Source: an uncultured Actinomycetota bacterium
GTDB taxonomy: Bacteria; Actinomycetota; Actinomycetes; Propionibacteriales; Nocardioidaceae
Length of the DNA: 64,000 nt
Direction of reading: 5' to 3'
Assembly: GCA_963815335.1 (NCBI GenBank)
Contig: CAWFGL010000006.1
Coordinates: forward strand, 161,610-225,609
Shown here: positions 12,732 to 21,453 of the stretch, piece after piece
Position numbering within the stretch: position 1 is the first letter of the stretch
Layout: each line of letters starts with the position of its first letter
Notes under the pieces: generated by a model
Databases searched by the model: none
Told to the model about the DNA's origin: nothing
Seen by the model: the letters and a program-made list of their open reading frames with translations, nothing else
Translations under genes and position numbers: made by a program

Positions 12732-13742
12732 GTGCTGCTCGATGTCCAGCTGGACGGCCGTCCCGACGAGGCGGCCTCGCGCGCCCGCGAGCTGGCCGGC
12801 GCCGGCGTGGCCGGCCTCTTCACGTTCGAGGGTCCCCACGACGTCTTCCTGCCCCTGGCCGCCGCTGCCGCGTCCGGTGTCACCGCCGACCTGATGACCA
12901 ATGTCGCGATCGCGATGCCCCGCTCGCCGATGCACCTCGCGAACGCGGCGTGGGACCTCCAGCTGATGTCGGGAGGCCGCTTCCGGCTGGGCCTCGGCTC
13001 CCAGATCCGGCCGCACATCGAGAAGCGGTACGGCGCGACGTGGTCTCCCCCCGCCGCGCGGATGCGCGAGATCGTGCTGGCGGTCAAGGCGATCCTGACC
13101 TCCTGGCAGGACGGCACCCGGCTCGACTTCCGGGGCGAGCACACCCAGCACACCCTGATGCCGCCGACGTTCGTCCCGGGACCGAACCCGTTCGGGCCGC
13201 CACCCGTCCTGCTCGGCGCCCTGGGCCCGGTGATGACCCGGACCGCCGCCGAGGTGGCCGACGGGCTGCTCGTGATGCCGTTCCACTCCCACCGGCACGT
13301 GCGCGAGCGGACGCTGCCCGCGGTGGCCGAGGGTCTCGCCAGGACCGGCCGCGCCGCGGACTCGTTCGCGATCTACCCGCAGGCGATCCTCGCGATGGGG
13401 CGGACGCCGGAGGAGCTCGAGGCGGCCTCCCTCGGCGTACGTGGGCTGCTGGCGTTCTACGGCTCGACGCCGGCGTACCTGCCCGTGCTCGACATCGAGG
13501 GCTGGGCCGACCTCCAGCCCGAGCTCAACGCGCTGTCCAAGACCGGGGACGTCATGGCGATGATCGCGCTCGTGTCCGACGAGATGGTCGACCGCCTGGC
13601 CGTGCGTGGGACCCCCGAGGAGTGCGCCGCCGAGCTGTCCCGCCGGTTCGGCGACCTCACCGACCGGGTCTGCTGCTACTTCCCCGGCTACACCGCACCG
13701 CTGGACCAGGTCCGCGACCTGGCGGCCGCCCTAGCCCACTAG
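12732..13742 (+). CDS. LLM class, probably F420-dependent, oxidoreductase
   Basis: FEGPHDVFLPL, TNVAIAMPRSP, GRFRLGLGSQIRPHIEKRYG; typical actinobacterial LLM subfamily. Confidence 0.85.
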   Translation: MLLDVQLDGRPDEAASRARELAGAGVAGLFTFEGPHDVFLPLAAAAASGVTADLMTNVAIAMPRSPMHLANAAWDLQLMSGGRFRLGLGSQIRPHIEKRYGATWSPPAARMREIVLAVKAILTSWQDGTRLDFRGEHTQHTLMPPTFVPGPNPFGPPPVLLGALGPVMTRTAAEVADGLLVMPFHSHRHVRERTLPAVAEGLARTGRAADSFAIYPQAILAMGRTPEELEAASLGVRGLLAFYGSTPAYLPVLDIEGWADLQPELNALSKTGDVMAMIALVSDEMVDRLAVRGTPEECAAELSRRFGDLTDRVCCYFPGYTAPLDQVRDLAAALAH

Positions 13743-14624
13743 CGCGGCGACCCGCTCCACCTGGGCGGGGTCGGAGCCGGTCGGGATGAGGTGCACCTCG
13801 TCGGCGCCGATGTCCTCGAACCGGCGCAGCACGTCCCGGAGCTCGGCCTCGGTGCCGGCGAACCCGGTCGTCGGGGCCATCGCGTCCACGAACGTCGACG
13901 GGATCCAGTTCATGTAGTGGAGCAGGTGCCGGTGCACCTGCTCGCGGGCGGCGCCGGACCCGTCGTCCAGGGCGAACCAGAACGACGTCGTCAGCCGCGG
14001 CGCGGGACGGCCGGCCTCCGACCACGCCGACCGGGCGAGGTCGAACAGCCCCGAGACCGCGGCGGTGTCGAGGTCGAGGGTCACCCCCGCGAGCCCGTCG
14101 GCCCACGCCGACGCCGATCGGATCGTCTTCGGGCCCATGGTGCCGACGAGCAGCTCGGGACCGCCGGGCTGGAGCACGGGCGGGCCGACCGGCCGGACCG
14201 CCTCGGTCACCTTCTCGCCGGCCCAGACCCGCTTCATCACCGCGACCCGCGACGCCATGCCGCGCATCGTCTGGGTCGCGAAGTCGGCTCCCGCCGCGCG
14301 GTAGTCCTCCTCGCGCCCGCCGACCCCGAAGCCCACCGTCAGCCGGCCGTGCGAGAGCCGGTCGGCGGTCGCGAGGGCCTTGGCCAGGGGGACCGGCTCG
14401 TGCAGCTGCGGCACGATCACGGTCGTCACCAGCCGCACCCGCGACGTCCAGGCCGAGCAGGCGCCGAGCAGCACCAGCGAGTGCGGGTTGTCGAACGCCA
14501 TCCGCTCGCCGAAGCACAGGGACGCGAACGGCCCGTCGTCGACCAGCCGCGCCCACCGCTCGAGGGTGTCGTCGGCCTCCCACAGGTCCGGCTCCATCAC
14601 CGGCAGCGTCATGCCCAGGTCCAC
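13731..14624 (-). CDS. LLM class flavin-dependent oxidoreductase
   Basis: SLCFGER, TSRVRLVTTV and GRLTVGFGVGGREEDY motifs; convergent with the previous LLM gene. Confidence 0.85.
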   Translation of the reverse strand: MDLGMTLPVMEPDLWEADDTLERWARLVDDGPFASLCFGERMAFDNPHSLVLLGACSAWTSRVRLVTTVIVPQLHEPVPLAKALATADRLSHGRLTVGFGVGGREEDYRAAGADFATQTMRGMASRVAVMKRVWAGEKVTEAVRPVGPPVLQPGGPELLVGTMGPKTIRSASAWADGLAGVTLDLDTAAVSGLFDLARSAWSEAGRPAPRLTTSFWFALDDGSGAAREQVHRHLLHYMNWIPSTFVDAMAPTTGFAGTEAELRDVLRRFEDIGADEVHLIPTGSDPAQVERVAALVG

Positions 14625-14674
14625 GCCCGGAACCCTAGATGTATCAGGGAGCCCCCGTGCGCCCTCCTAGCCAC

Positions 14675-15817
14675 GTGACCGACACCTTGACCCCTGCCCT
14701 GACCGGGGTCGGGTCCGCACGGACGGCCACCACACCCACTCCCTACCTCGAGCTCGACGTGCCGCACGCGGTCGCGAGCTACGGCCGTCTCGCCGCCGCC
14801 CTGCCCGGGACCGCGATGCACTACGCGGTGAAGGCCAACCCGGACCCGACGCTGCTCGCGGCCCTGTCCCGCGCCGGGTGCCGGTTCGACGTCGCCAGCC
14901 CGGCCGAGATCACCGCCGCCGTCCTGGCCGGCGCCCGGGCCGGGGAGCTCGTCTACTCCAACCCGGTCAAGCGTCGCGACGACGTGCGGTTCGCGGCACG
15001 CCTGGGCGTCGACCTGTTCGTCGTCGACTCCGTCGCCGAGGTGGAGAAGGTCGCCGAGGCGGCCCCGGGCGTCGGCGTCCTCTGCCGGCTGGTCACGTCC
15101 GGCGAGGGCTCCGACTGGCCGCTGTCGCGCAAGTACGGGTGCTCCACCTCCGAGGCCGTCGGCATCCTCCGCCACGCGGCCGCGCTCGGCCTGCGCGTCG
15201 ACGGTGTCAGCTTCCACGTCGGCTCCCAGCAGCGCGACCCCGAGCGGTGGGCGGCCCCGATCGCCGCCGCCGCGACCGTCTTCGAACGGCTCCGCGACGT
15301 CGGCATCGAGCCCTGGCTGCTCGACATCGGCGGCGGCTTCCCCGCGTCGCTGGACGACGGCTGCCCCCCACCTGAGGCGTACGGCGCCTCCATCGAACGC
15401 CACCTCGCGACCTCGTTCGGCACCCGACGGCCCACCACCATCGCCGAACCAGGTCGCGGGGTCGCGGGTGACGCGGGCGTCCTCGTCTCCGAGGTCGTCG
15501 GGGTCGTGCACCGGGCCGGGACGCGCTGGGTCTTCCTCGACGTCGGCGTCTTCACCGGGCTGGTCGAGACCCTCGAGGAAGCCATCCGCTACCCGCTCGT
15601 CACCGGCCGCGACGGCGGCCCGTCCGGCCCGTGCGTCCTGGCCGGACCGACCTGCGACAGCGCCGACGTGCTGTACGAGCGGACGATGGTCGAGCTGCCC
15701 CTCGACCTGGCCGAGGGCGACCGTCTGGAGTTCCGCTGCGCGGGTGTCTACACGGCCAGCTACTCCACCGTCGGCTTCAACGGCTTCGCCCCGCTCGCGA
15801 CGGTCCTCCGGACATGA
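14675..15817 (+). CDS. Fold-type III PLP-dependent decarboxylase (ornithine/lysine decarboxylase-like)
   Basis: YAVKAN (PLP lysine), FHVGSQ, DIGGGF, EPGR and GPTCDSAD motifs. Confidence 0.9.
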   Translation: MTDTLTPALTGVGSARTATTPTPYLELDVPHAVASYGRLAAALPGTAMHYAVKANPDPTLLAALSRAGCRFDVASPAEITAAVLAGARAGELVYSNPVKRRDDVRFAARLGVDLFVVDSVAEVEKVAEAAPGVGVLCRLVTSGEGSDWPLSRKYGCSTSEAVGILRHAAALGLRVDGVSFHVGSQQRDPERWAAPIAAAATVFERLRDVGIEPWLLDIGGGFPASLDDGCPPPEAYGASIERHLATSFGTRRPTTIAEPGRGVAGDAGVLVSEVVGVVHRAGTRWVFLDVGVFTGLVETLEEAIRYPLVTGRDGGPSGPCVLAGPTCDSADVLYERTMVELPLDLAEGDRLEFRCAGVYTASYSTVGFNGFAPLATVLRT

Positions 15818-17001
15818 CCAGGCGTCTCCTCACGTCGTACGTCTTCGCGTCGCTCGGCACCGGCCTGCCCTGGCCGCTGCTCCTCGTCCTGGTCTGGGAC
15901 CAGTACGGCGCCGGGCCGCACGGCGTGTGGGTGGTCGGGCTGGCGGGCGCCGCCCGGATGGCGCCGTACGTGCTGTTCTCGTGGGCGGTGGGGTCGCTCG
16001 GCGACCACGTCCGGCGCGACCTGCTGATCCGCACGACCTACGCCCTCCGCTTCGTGTGCCTCGGCGCGGCCGCCGTCGCGGTCCAGGCCGACCGGGTCGG
16101 CCTGGCCGTCGTCGCCGCCGCCCTCGCCGTGACCGTGGGGACCCCGACCTACCCGGCGATCGCCGCGTCCCTGCCGACGGTGGCCGGCGCGCAGCGCGCC
16201 CGGGCCACCGAGGTGCTGGTCACGATCGAGGTCTCGTCCTGGGTGGTCGGTCCGGCCCTCGGTGGCCTGATGCTGGCCCCGGCGACGCGCCCGATGACCC
16301 TCGTCGCCGCCGCGGCACTGGCTGTCGTCGGCTGGGCACTGATCCTGGACGTCCGGATCCCGGGACCCGCCCAGCGCGCGCCCGACGCCGTGGCGGGCAT
16401 GCTGCGCGCGGTCACCGGGTGCCCGCCGGCCGTGCGGGCGCTCGCGGTCGCGGGGTCCCTGAACCTCGCACTCACCGCGATCGGGATGGCCCTGCTCCCC
16501 CTCAGCCGGGTGGGCTGGGACAGCGGCGACGCCGGGTTCGGGGTGGCCACCGCCTTCCTGGGCTTCGGCGCCCTCGGGGCACCGCTGCTCGCACGGCTCG
16601 TCACGCCGACCGTCCCGCGGGGCCTGGCAGTGGTGGCCGGCGCCGTGCTGGTCGTCGCCGTCAGCCCGGTCCCGTGGGTGGCCCTCGTCCCGCTGGCGCT
16701 GGGCGGTGCCAGCGCGGTCGTGGTCGAGAGCGTGCTGACCGGCACCCTCCAGGAGGCCGTGCCCGACCGCTACCGGGCCGGCGCGCTCGGCGTCGGCGAC
16801 ACCGTGATGGTGGGTGCCTGCCTGGTCGGCAGCCTGCTCACCCCGACCTGCGTCGCCGTGATCGGCGCCCGGCCCACCATCGCCCTCGCGGCCCTGCTCG
16901 CGGTCGCCCCCGCCACGTGGCGGACCCGGCCGTCGAGGCGTCGGCACGTCGGCCGGCACCGCGCCGGAGATCGGACCAGTCTGGCCCTGGCCGGCAAGTA
17001 G
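15814..17001 (+). CDS. MFS transporter
   Basis: About 12 hydrophobic segments, GSLGDHVRRD motif-A-like loop; ATGA-coupled to the decarboxylase. Confidence 0.8.
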   Translation: MTRRLLTSYVFASLGTGLPWPLLLVLVWDQYGAGPHGVWVVGLAGAARMAPYVLFSWAVGSLGDHVRRDLLIRTTYALRFVCLGAAAVAVQADRVGLAVVAAALAVTVGTPTYPAIAASLPTVAGAQRARATEVLVTIEVSSWVVGPALGGLMLAPATRPMTLVAAAALAVVGWALILDVRIPGPAQRAPDAVAGMLRAVTGCPPAVRALAVAGSLNLALTAIGMALLPLSRVGWDSGDAGFGVATAFLGFGALGAPLLARLVTPTVPRGLAVVAGAVLVVAVSPVPWVALVPLALGGASAVVVESVLTGTLQEAVPDRYRAGALGVGDTVMVGACLVGSLLTPTCVAVIGARPTIALAALLAVAPATWRTRPSRRRHVGRHRAGDRTSLALAGK

Positions 17002-17054
17002 CTCCCTGGACGGCGGTGCCGCCTGCGTCGCACGCCCACCTAGGCTGCTCACCG

Positions 17055-17555
17055 ATGACCAGCGAGCGCGACCCCATCCGCGAGGCGCACCGGCAGTGGG
17101 TGGCCCACGGCTGGGACTCCGCCGCGGACGGCATGGCCATGGTGACGTCGGTGGTCCGCGTCCAGCAGCTCCTGCTCGAGCGCATCGACGCCGTGCTCCG
17201 CCCCCTGGGTCTGACCTTCGCCCGCTACGAGGTGCTGCGACTGCTGTCCTTCTCGTCGGCGGGAGCCATGCCGATGACCCGGATGGGCTCCCTGCTGCAG
17301 GTCCACCCGACGTCGGTCACGTCGGCGGTCGACCGGCTCGAGAAGCAGGGGTACGTCGCCCGGTCCCGTCGCGACGACGACCGGCGGGTCGTCCTCGCGA
17401 CGATCACCGACCCGGGCCGCGAGGTCGTCGAGCGGGCGACCTCGGGCCTCAACACGGAGGTCTTCGAGGACCACGGACTGGCGCCGGCCGAGCTCGCCGA
17501 GCTGACGCGTCTCCTCGGCGCCCTCCGGGCCACCGCTGGCGACCACGTCGACTGA
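17055..17555 (+). CDS. MarR family transcriptional regulator
   Basis: LRPLGLTFARYEVL, VHPTSVTSAVDRLE, DDRRVVLATIT wHTH pattern. Confidence 0.9.
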   Translation: MTSERDPIREAHRQWVAHGWDSAADGMAMVTSVVRVQQLLLERIDAVLRPLGLTFARYEVLRLLSFSSAGAMPMTRMGSLLQVHPTSVTSAVDRLEKQGYVARSRRDDDRRVVLATITDPGREVVERATSGLNTEVFEDHGLAPAELAELTRLLGALRATAGDHVD

Positions 17556-17562
17556 CCGGTAC

Positions 17563-17586
17563 GATTACTAGGACGTCCAACTAATC
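17563..17586. promoter_or_regulatory. Imperfect 24-bp palindrome, probable operator overlapping the icmF -10
   Basis: GATTACTAGGAC|GTCCAACTAATC (10 of 12 pairs); TACGAT -10 at 17560-17565. Confidence 0.65.
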
Positions 17587-17599
17587 TGCGAGGACCCCA

Positions 17600-20500
17600 G
17601 TGAGCGACCTTCACGTCCCCTCCAACCCGGTCCGGGTGGTGACCGCGTCCAGCCTGTTCGACGGGCACGACGCGGCGATCAACATCATGCGGCGGATCTT
17701 CATGGCGCAGGGGTGCGAGGTCATCCACCTCGGCCACAACCGGTCGGTGGCGGAGGTCGTCGACGCCGCGATCGAGGAGGACGCCCAGGGCGTCGCGGTG
17801 TCGTCGTACCAGGGTGGGCACGTCGAGTACTTCGAGTACCTCGTCGAGTCGCTGCGCGAGCGCGGCGCCGGCCACATCCAGGTCGTCGGCGGTGGCGGCG
17901 GCGTGATCGTGCACGACGAGATCGAGCGGCTGCGCAGCAGCGGCGTCACGATCTTCTCCCCCGAGGACGGCCAGCGGATGGGCCTGCCCGGGATGATCAA
18001 CTCCGTCGTCCGCGACCTCGACGTGGACCTCTGGGCGCAGCACCCGGTCAGCGCCGACGCCGTGCTGAGCGGCGACCGCTCGGCCGTCGCCCGCGCGATC
18101 ACGGGCGTCGAGCTGGGCCGCCTGCCCGCGGCCGACCTGGCCGCCCTGGTGGACGCCGCCGCCCAGAAGCACGTCCCGGTCCTCGGCATCACCGGCACGG
18201 GCGGATCCGGCAAGTCGAGCCTCACCGACGAGCTCGTCCGGCGCTTCCGCGTCGACCAGCAGGACAAGCTCCGCATCGCGGTCCTCGCCGTCGACCCGAC
18301 CCGCCGCAAGGGCGGGGGTGCCCTGCTCGGCGACCGGATCCGGATGAACAGCCTGTCGCTCGGCCGCACCAGCGACGACGACACGGTCTACTTCCGCAGC
18401 CTCGCCACCCGCGGCGCGCACGAGCTGCCCGAGCACCTCGGTGACGTGATCGCCGTCCTCAAGGGGTCCGGCTTCGACCTCGTCGTGGTCGAGACCCCGG
18501 GCATCGGCCAGGGCGACGCCGGCATCCTGCCGTTCGTCGACACCAGCCTCTACGTCATGACGCCGGAGTACGGCGCCGCGTCCCAGCTGGAGAAGATCGA
18601 CATGCTCGACTTCGCCGACGTCGTGGCGATCAACAAGTTCGAGCGCCGGGGCGCCGAGGACGCGCTGCGGGACGTCGGCCGACAGCTGGTCCGCAACCGC
18701 GAGGCCTTCGGCAAGCAGCCCGACGACATGCCCGTCTTCGGCACCAGCGCGGCGACGTTCAACGACGACGGGGTCACGGCGCTCTACCAGCACCTGCGCG
18801 GGATCCTCGGCGACGAAGGTCTCTCCCTGGACGAGGGCGTCCTCGAGCACGTCGAGGTGCGGCACTCCTCGAAGCTCCAGGCCGTCGTGCCGCCCGAGCG
18901 GGCGCGCTACCTGTCCGAGATCACGGAGACGGTCCGCGGCTACCACGCCGCGACGGACGTCCTCGCCGAGCAGGCCCGCCGTGTCCAGCGGCTCGAGCTC
19001 GTCGCCGAGGAGCTGGAGGCCGCACGCGAGCTGGCGTCGTCCGCCCGCGCCGAGCTCGACGACGACATCAGCACCCAGCTCGAGCAGTGGCCCGCGACGG
19101 TCCGCGAGTACGACGAGCAGCCCGGCCGGGAGTCGCTGTCCGGCAACCGCGTCCCCCGCGTCGCGGTCCCCCGCTACGCCGACCACGGCGAGCTCGTGCG
19201 GTTCTGGAGGCGCGAGAACCTGCCCGGCCGGTTCCCGTTCACCGCCGGCGTCTTCCCGTTCAAGCGCGAGAACGAGGACCCCGCCCGGATGTTCGCGGGC
19301 GAGGGCGACCCGGCCCGCACCAACCGCCGCTTCAAGGTGCTGAGCGAGGGACAGCCGGCGACCCGGCTCTCGACGGCGTTCGACTCCGTGACCCTCTACG
19401 GGCGCGACCCCGACGAGCGCCCCGACATCTACGGCAAGGTCGGCACGTCCGGCGTCAGCGTCGCGACGCTCGACGACATGAAGGACCTGTACGACGGGTT
19501 CGACCTGCTCGCACCGACCACCTCGGTCTCGATGACGATCAACGGGCCGGCGCCGACCGTGCTCGCGTTCTTCCTCAACACCGTCCTCGACCAGGCCGCC
19601 GCGCAGGGCGTCGACGCCGCGACCGCGCTGCAGACCGTCCGCGGCACGGTGCAGGCCGACATCCTCAAGGAGGACCAGGGCCAGAACACCTGCCTCTTCT
19701 CGACGGAGTTCTCGCTGCGCTGCATGGCCGACATGCAGGAGTGGTTCATCGAGAAGGGGGTGCGCAACTTCTACTCGGTCTCGATCTCGGGCTACCACAT
19801 CGCCGAGGCCGGGGCGAACCCCATCAGCCAGCTCGCGTTCACGCTCGCCAACGGGTTCACCTACGTCGAGGCCTACCTCGCGCGCGGCATGGACATCGAC
19901 GACTTCGCGCCCAACCTGTCGTTCTTCTTCAGCAACGGCATGGACCCCGAGTACTCCGTGATCGGCCGCGTCGCCCGCCGGATCTGGGCGGTCGCGATGC
20001 GTGACAGGTACGGCGCCGGCGAGCGCTCGCAGAAGCTGAAGTACCACGTGCAGACGTCCGGCCGGTCCCTGCACGCGCAGGAGATGGACTTCAACGACAT
20101 CCGCACCACGCTCCAGGCGCTGATCGCGATCTACGACAACGCCAACTCGCTGCACACCAACGCCTACGACGAGGCGGTGACCACCCCCGGCGAGGAGTCG
20201 GTCCGGCGCGCGCTCGCGATCCAGCTCATCATCAACCGCGAGTGGGGGCTGGCGATGAACGAGAACCCGCTCCAGGGCTCGTACGTCATCGACGAGCTCA
20301 CCGACCTCGTCGAGACCGCGGTCCTCGCGGAGTTCGACCGGATCAACGACCGCGGCGGCGTCCTCGGCGCCATGGAGACCGGCTACCAGCGCGGCCGGAT
20401 CCAGGACGAGTCGATGCTCTACGAGCACCGCAAGCACGACGGGACACTGCCGATCATCGGCGTCAACACGTTCCGCCGCCCGGGTGGGGACGACGGCACC

Positions 20501-20743
20501 CCCGACCACGTCGAGCTCGCCCGCGCCACGACGGAGGAGAAGGCGTCCCAGCTCCGGCGGGTCCGGGACTTCCAGTCGGTGCACGCGACCGAGGCCGAGG
20601 CCGCGATCGCCCGGCTCAAGGACGCCGCGACGTCCGGCGAGAACGTGTTCGCCGTCCTCATGGACGCCGCCCGGGTCTGCTCGCTCGGCCAGGTGACCGA
20701 GGCGTTCTTCGAGGTCGGCGGCCAGTACCGTCGCAACGTGTGA
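17600..20743 (+). CDS. icmF: Fused isobutyryl-CoA mutase / MeaB-like GTPase
   Basis: N-terminal B12-binding LFDGHD, P-loop [22 protein letters not shown], then the mutase barrel ([34 protein letters not shown]). Confidence 0.95.
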   Translation: MSDLHVPSNPVRVVTASSLFDGHDAAINIMRRIFMAQGCEVIHLGHNRSVAEVVDAAIEEDAQGVAVSSYQGGHVEYFEYLVESLRERGAGHIQVVGGGGGVIVHDEIERLRSSGVTIFSPEDGQRMGLPGMINSVVRDLDVDLWAQHPVSADAVLSGDRSAVARAITGVELGRLPAADLAALVDAAAQKHVPVLGITGTGGSGKSSLTDELVRRFRVDQQDKLRIAVLAVDPTRRKGGGALLGDRIRMNSLSLGRTSDDDTVYFRSLATRGAHELPEHLGDVIAVLKGSGFDLVVVETPGIGQGDAGILPFVDTSLYVMTPEYGAASQLEKIDMLDFADVVAINKFERRGAEDALRDVGRQLVRNREAFGKQPDDMPVFGTSAATFNDDGVTALYQHLRGILGDEGLSLDEGVLEHVEVRHSSKLQAVVPPERARYLSEITETVRGYHAATDVLAEQARRVQRLELVAEELEAARELASSARAELDDDISTQLEQWPATVREYDEQPGRESLSGNRVPRVAVPRYADHGELVRFWRRENLPGRFPFTAGVFPFKRENEDPARMFAGEGDPARTNRRFKVLSEGQPATRLSTAFDSVTLYGRDPDERPDIYGKVGTSGVSVATLDDMKDLYDGFDLLAPTTSVSMTINGPAPTVLAFFLNTVLDQAAAQGVDAATALQTVRGTVQADILKEDQGQNTCLFSTEFSLRCMADMQEWFIEKGVRNFYSVSISGYHIAEAGANPISQLAFTLANGFTYVEAYLARGMDIDDFAPNLSFFFSNGMDPEYSVIGRVARRIWAVAMRDRYGAGERSQKLKYHVQTSGRSLHAQEMDFNDIRTTLQALIAIYDNANSLHTNAYDEAVTTPGEESVRRALAIQLIINREWGLAMNENPLQGSYVIDELTDLVETAVLAEFDRINDRGGVLGAMETGYQRGRIQDESMLYEHRKHDGTLPIIGVNTFRRPGGDDGTPDHVELARATTEEKASQLRRVRDFQSVHATEAEAAIARLKDAATSGENVFAVLMDAARVCSLGQVTEAFFEVGGQYRRNV

Positions 20744-21453
20744 CAGCAAGCCGCGTCGTCAGCCTGGTCCCGTCGATCACGGAGGCGCTGGTCTCGGTAC
20801 GCCGCGACGCGGTCGTGGGGGCGACGGACTGGTGCACGCACCCGGCTGACCTGGACGACTCGCTCGAGGCGCGGGTCCGCGGCACGAAGAACCCCGACCT
20901 CTCCGCGATCCGCGCGCTCGAGCCCGACGTCGTGATCGCGAACAAGGAGGAGAACCGCGAGCTCGACGTCCGGCGGCTCCGCGAGTCGGGTGTCCGGGTC
21001 GAGGTCACCGACATCGAGACCGTCCCGCAGGCGGTCGAGACGTTCGCGCACCTCTTCGACGACGTCCTCGGCTGGGAGCGTCCGGGCTGGCTCGCCGAGG
21101 CCGAGCGGCTCTGGTGCGGGCCCGCTCCCCCGGTCACGCGGACCGTCGCGATCGCGATCTGGCGCGACCCGTGGATGGTGGTCGGCCGGGACACGTTCAC
21201 CGGCGACCTGGTCCGGCGGCTCGGCTGGCAGAACGTGTACGCGGGTGAGGCCGACCGCTACCCGACGGTCGACCTCGACGACCTCGACGCGGCAGGCGCC
21301 GACGTGGTCCTGCTGCCCGACGAGCCCTACGTCTTCACCGCGGACGACGGCCCCGAGGCGTTCTCCCGGACGCCGGCGCAGCTGGTCAGCGGACGGCTGC
21401 TCACCTGGTACGGCCCGTCACTCGTCGAGGCCCACGACGCACTGCGGCTATGA
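20740..21453 (+). CDS. Helical-backbone metal/cobalamin-binding protein (BtuF-like), no signal peptide
   Basis: [17 protein letters not shown]-like RGTKNPD, ANKEEN, LPDEPY and TWYGP motifs; GTGA-coupled to icmF. Confidence 0.8.
   Translation: MTASRVVSLVPSITEALVSVRRDAVVGATDWCTHPADLDDSLEARVRGTKNPDLSAIRALEPDVVIANKEENRELDVRRLRESGVRVEVTDIETVPQAVETFAHLFDDVLGWERPGWLAEAERLWCGPAPPVTRTVAIAIWRDPWMVVGRDTFTGDLVRRLGWQNVYAGEADRYPTVDLDDLDAAGADVVLLPDEPYVFTADDGPEAFSRTPAQLVSGRLLTWYGPSLVEAHDALRL

Noticed and set aside
17225-20749. Very long antisense/alternate-frame ORFs (for example 17225-20749, 53834-57385, 21769-24138, 26468-29335 upstream of galE)
   Set aside because: They are shadows of real genes, caused by stop-codon scarcity in high-GC DNA. 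They are Arg/Gly/Pro-rich, have no motifs and have the wrong third-position bias.
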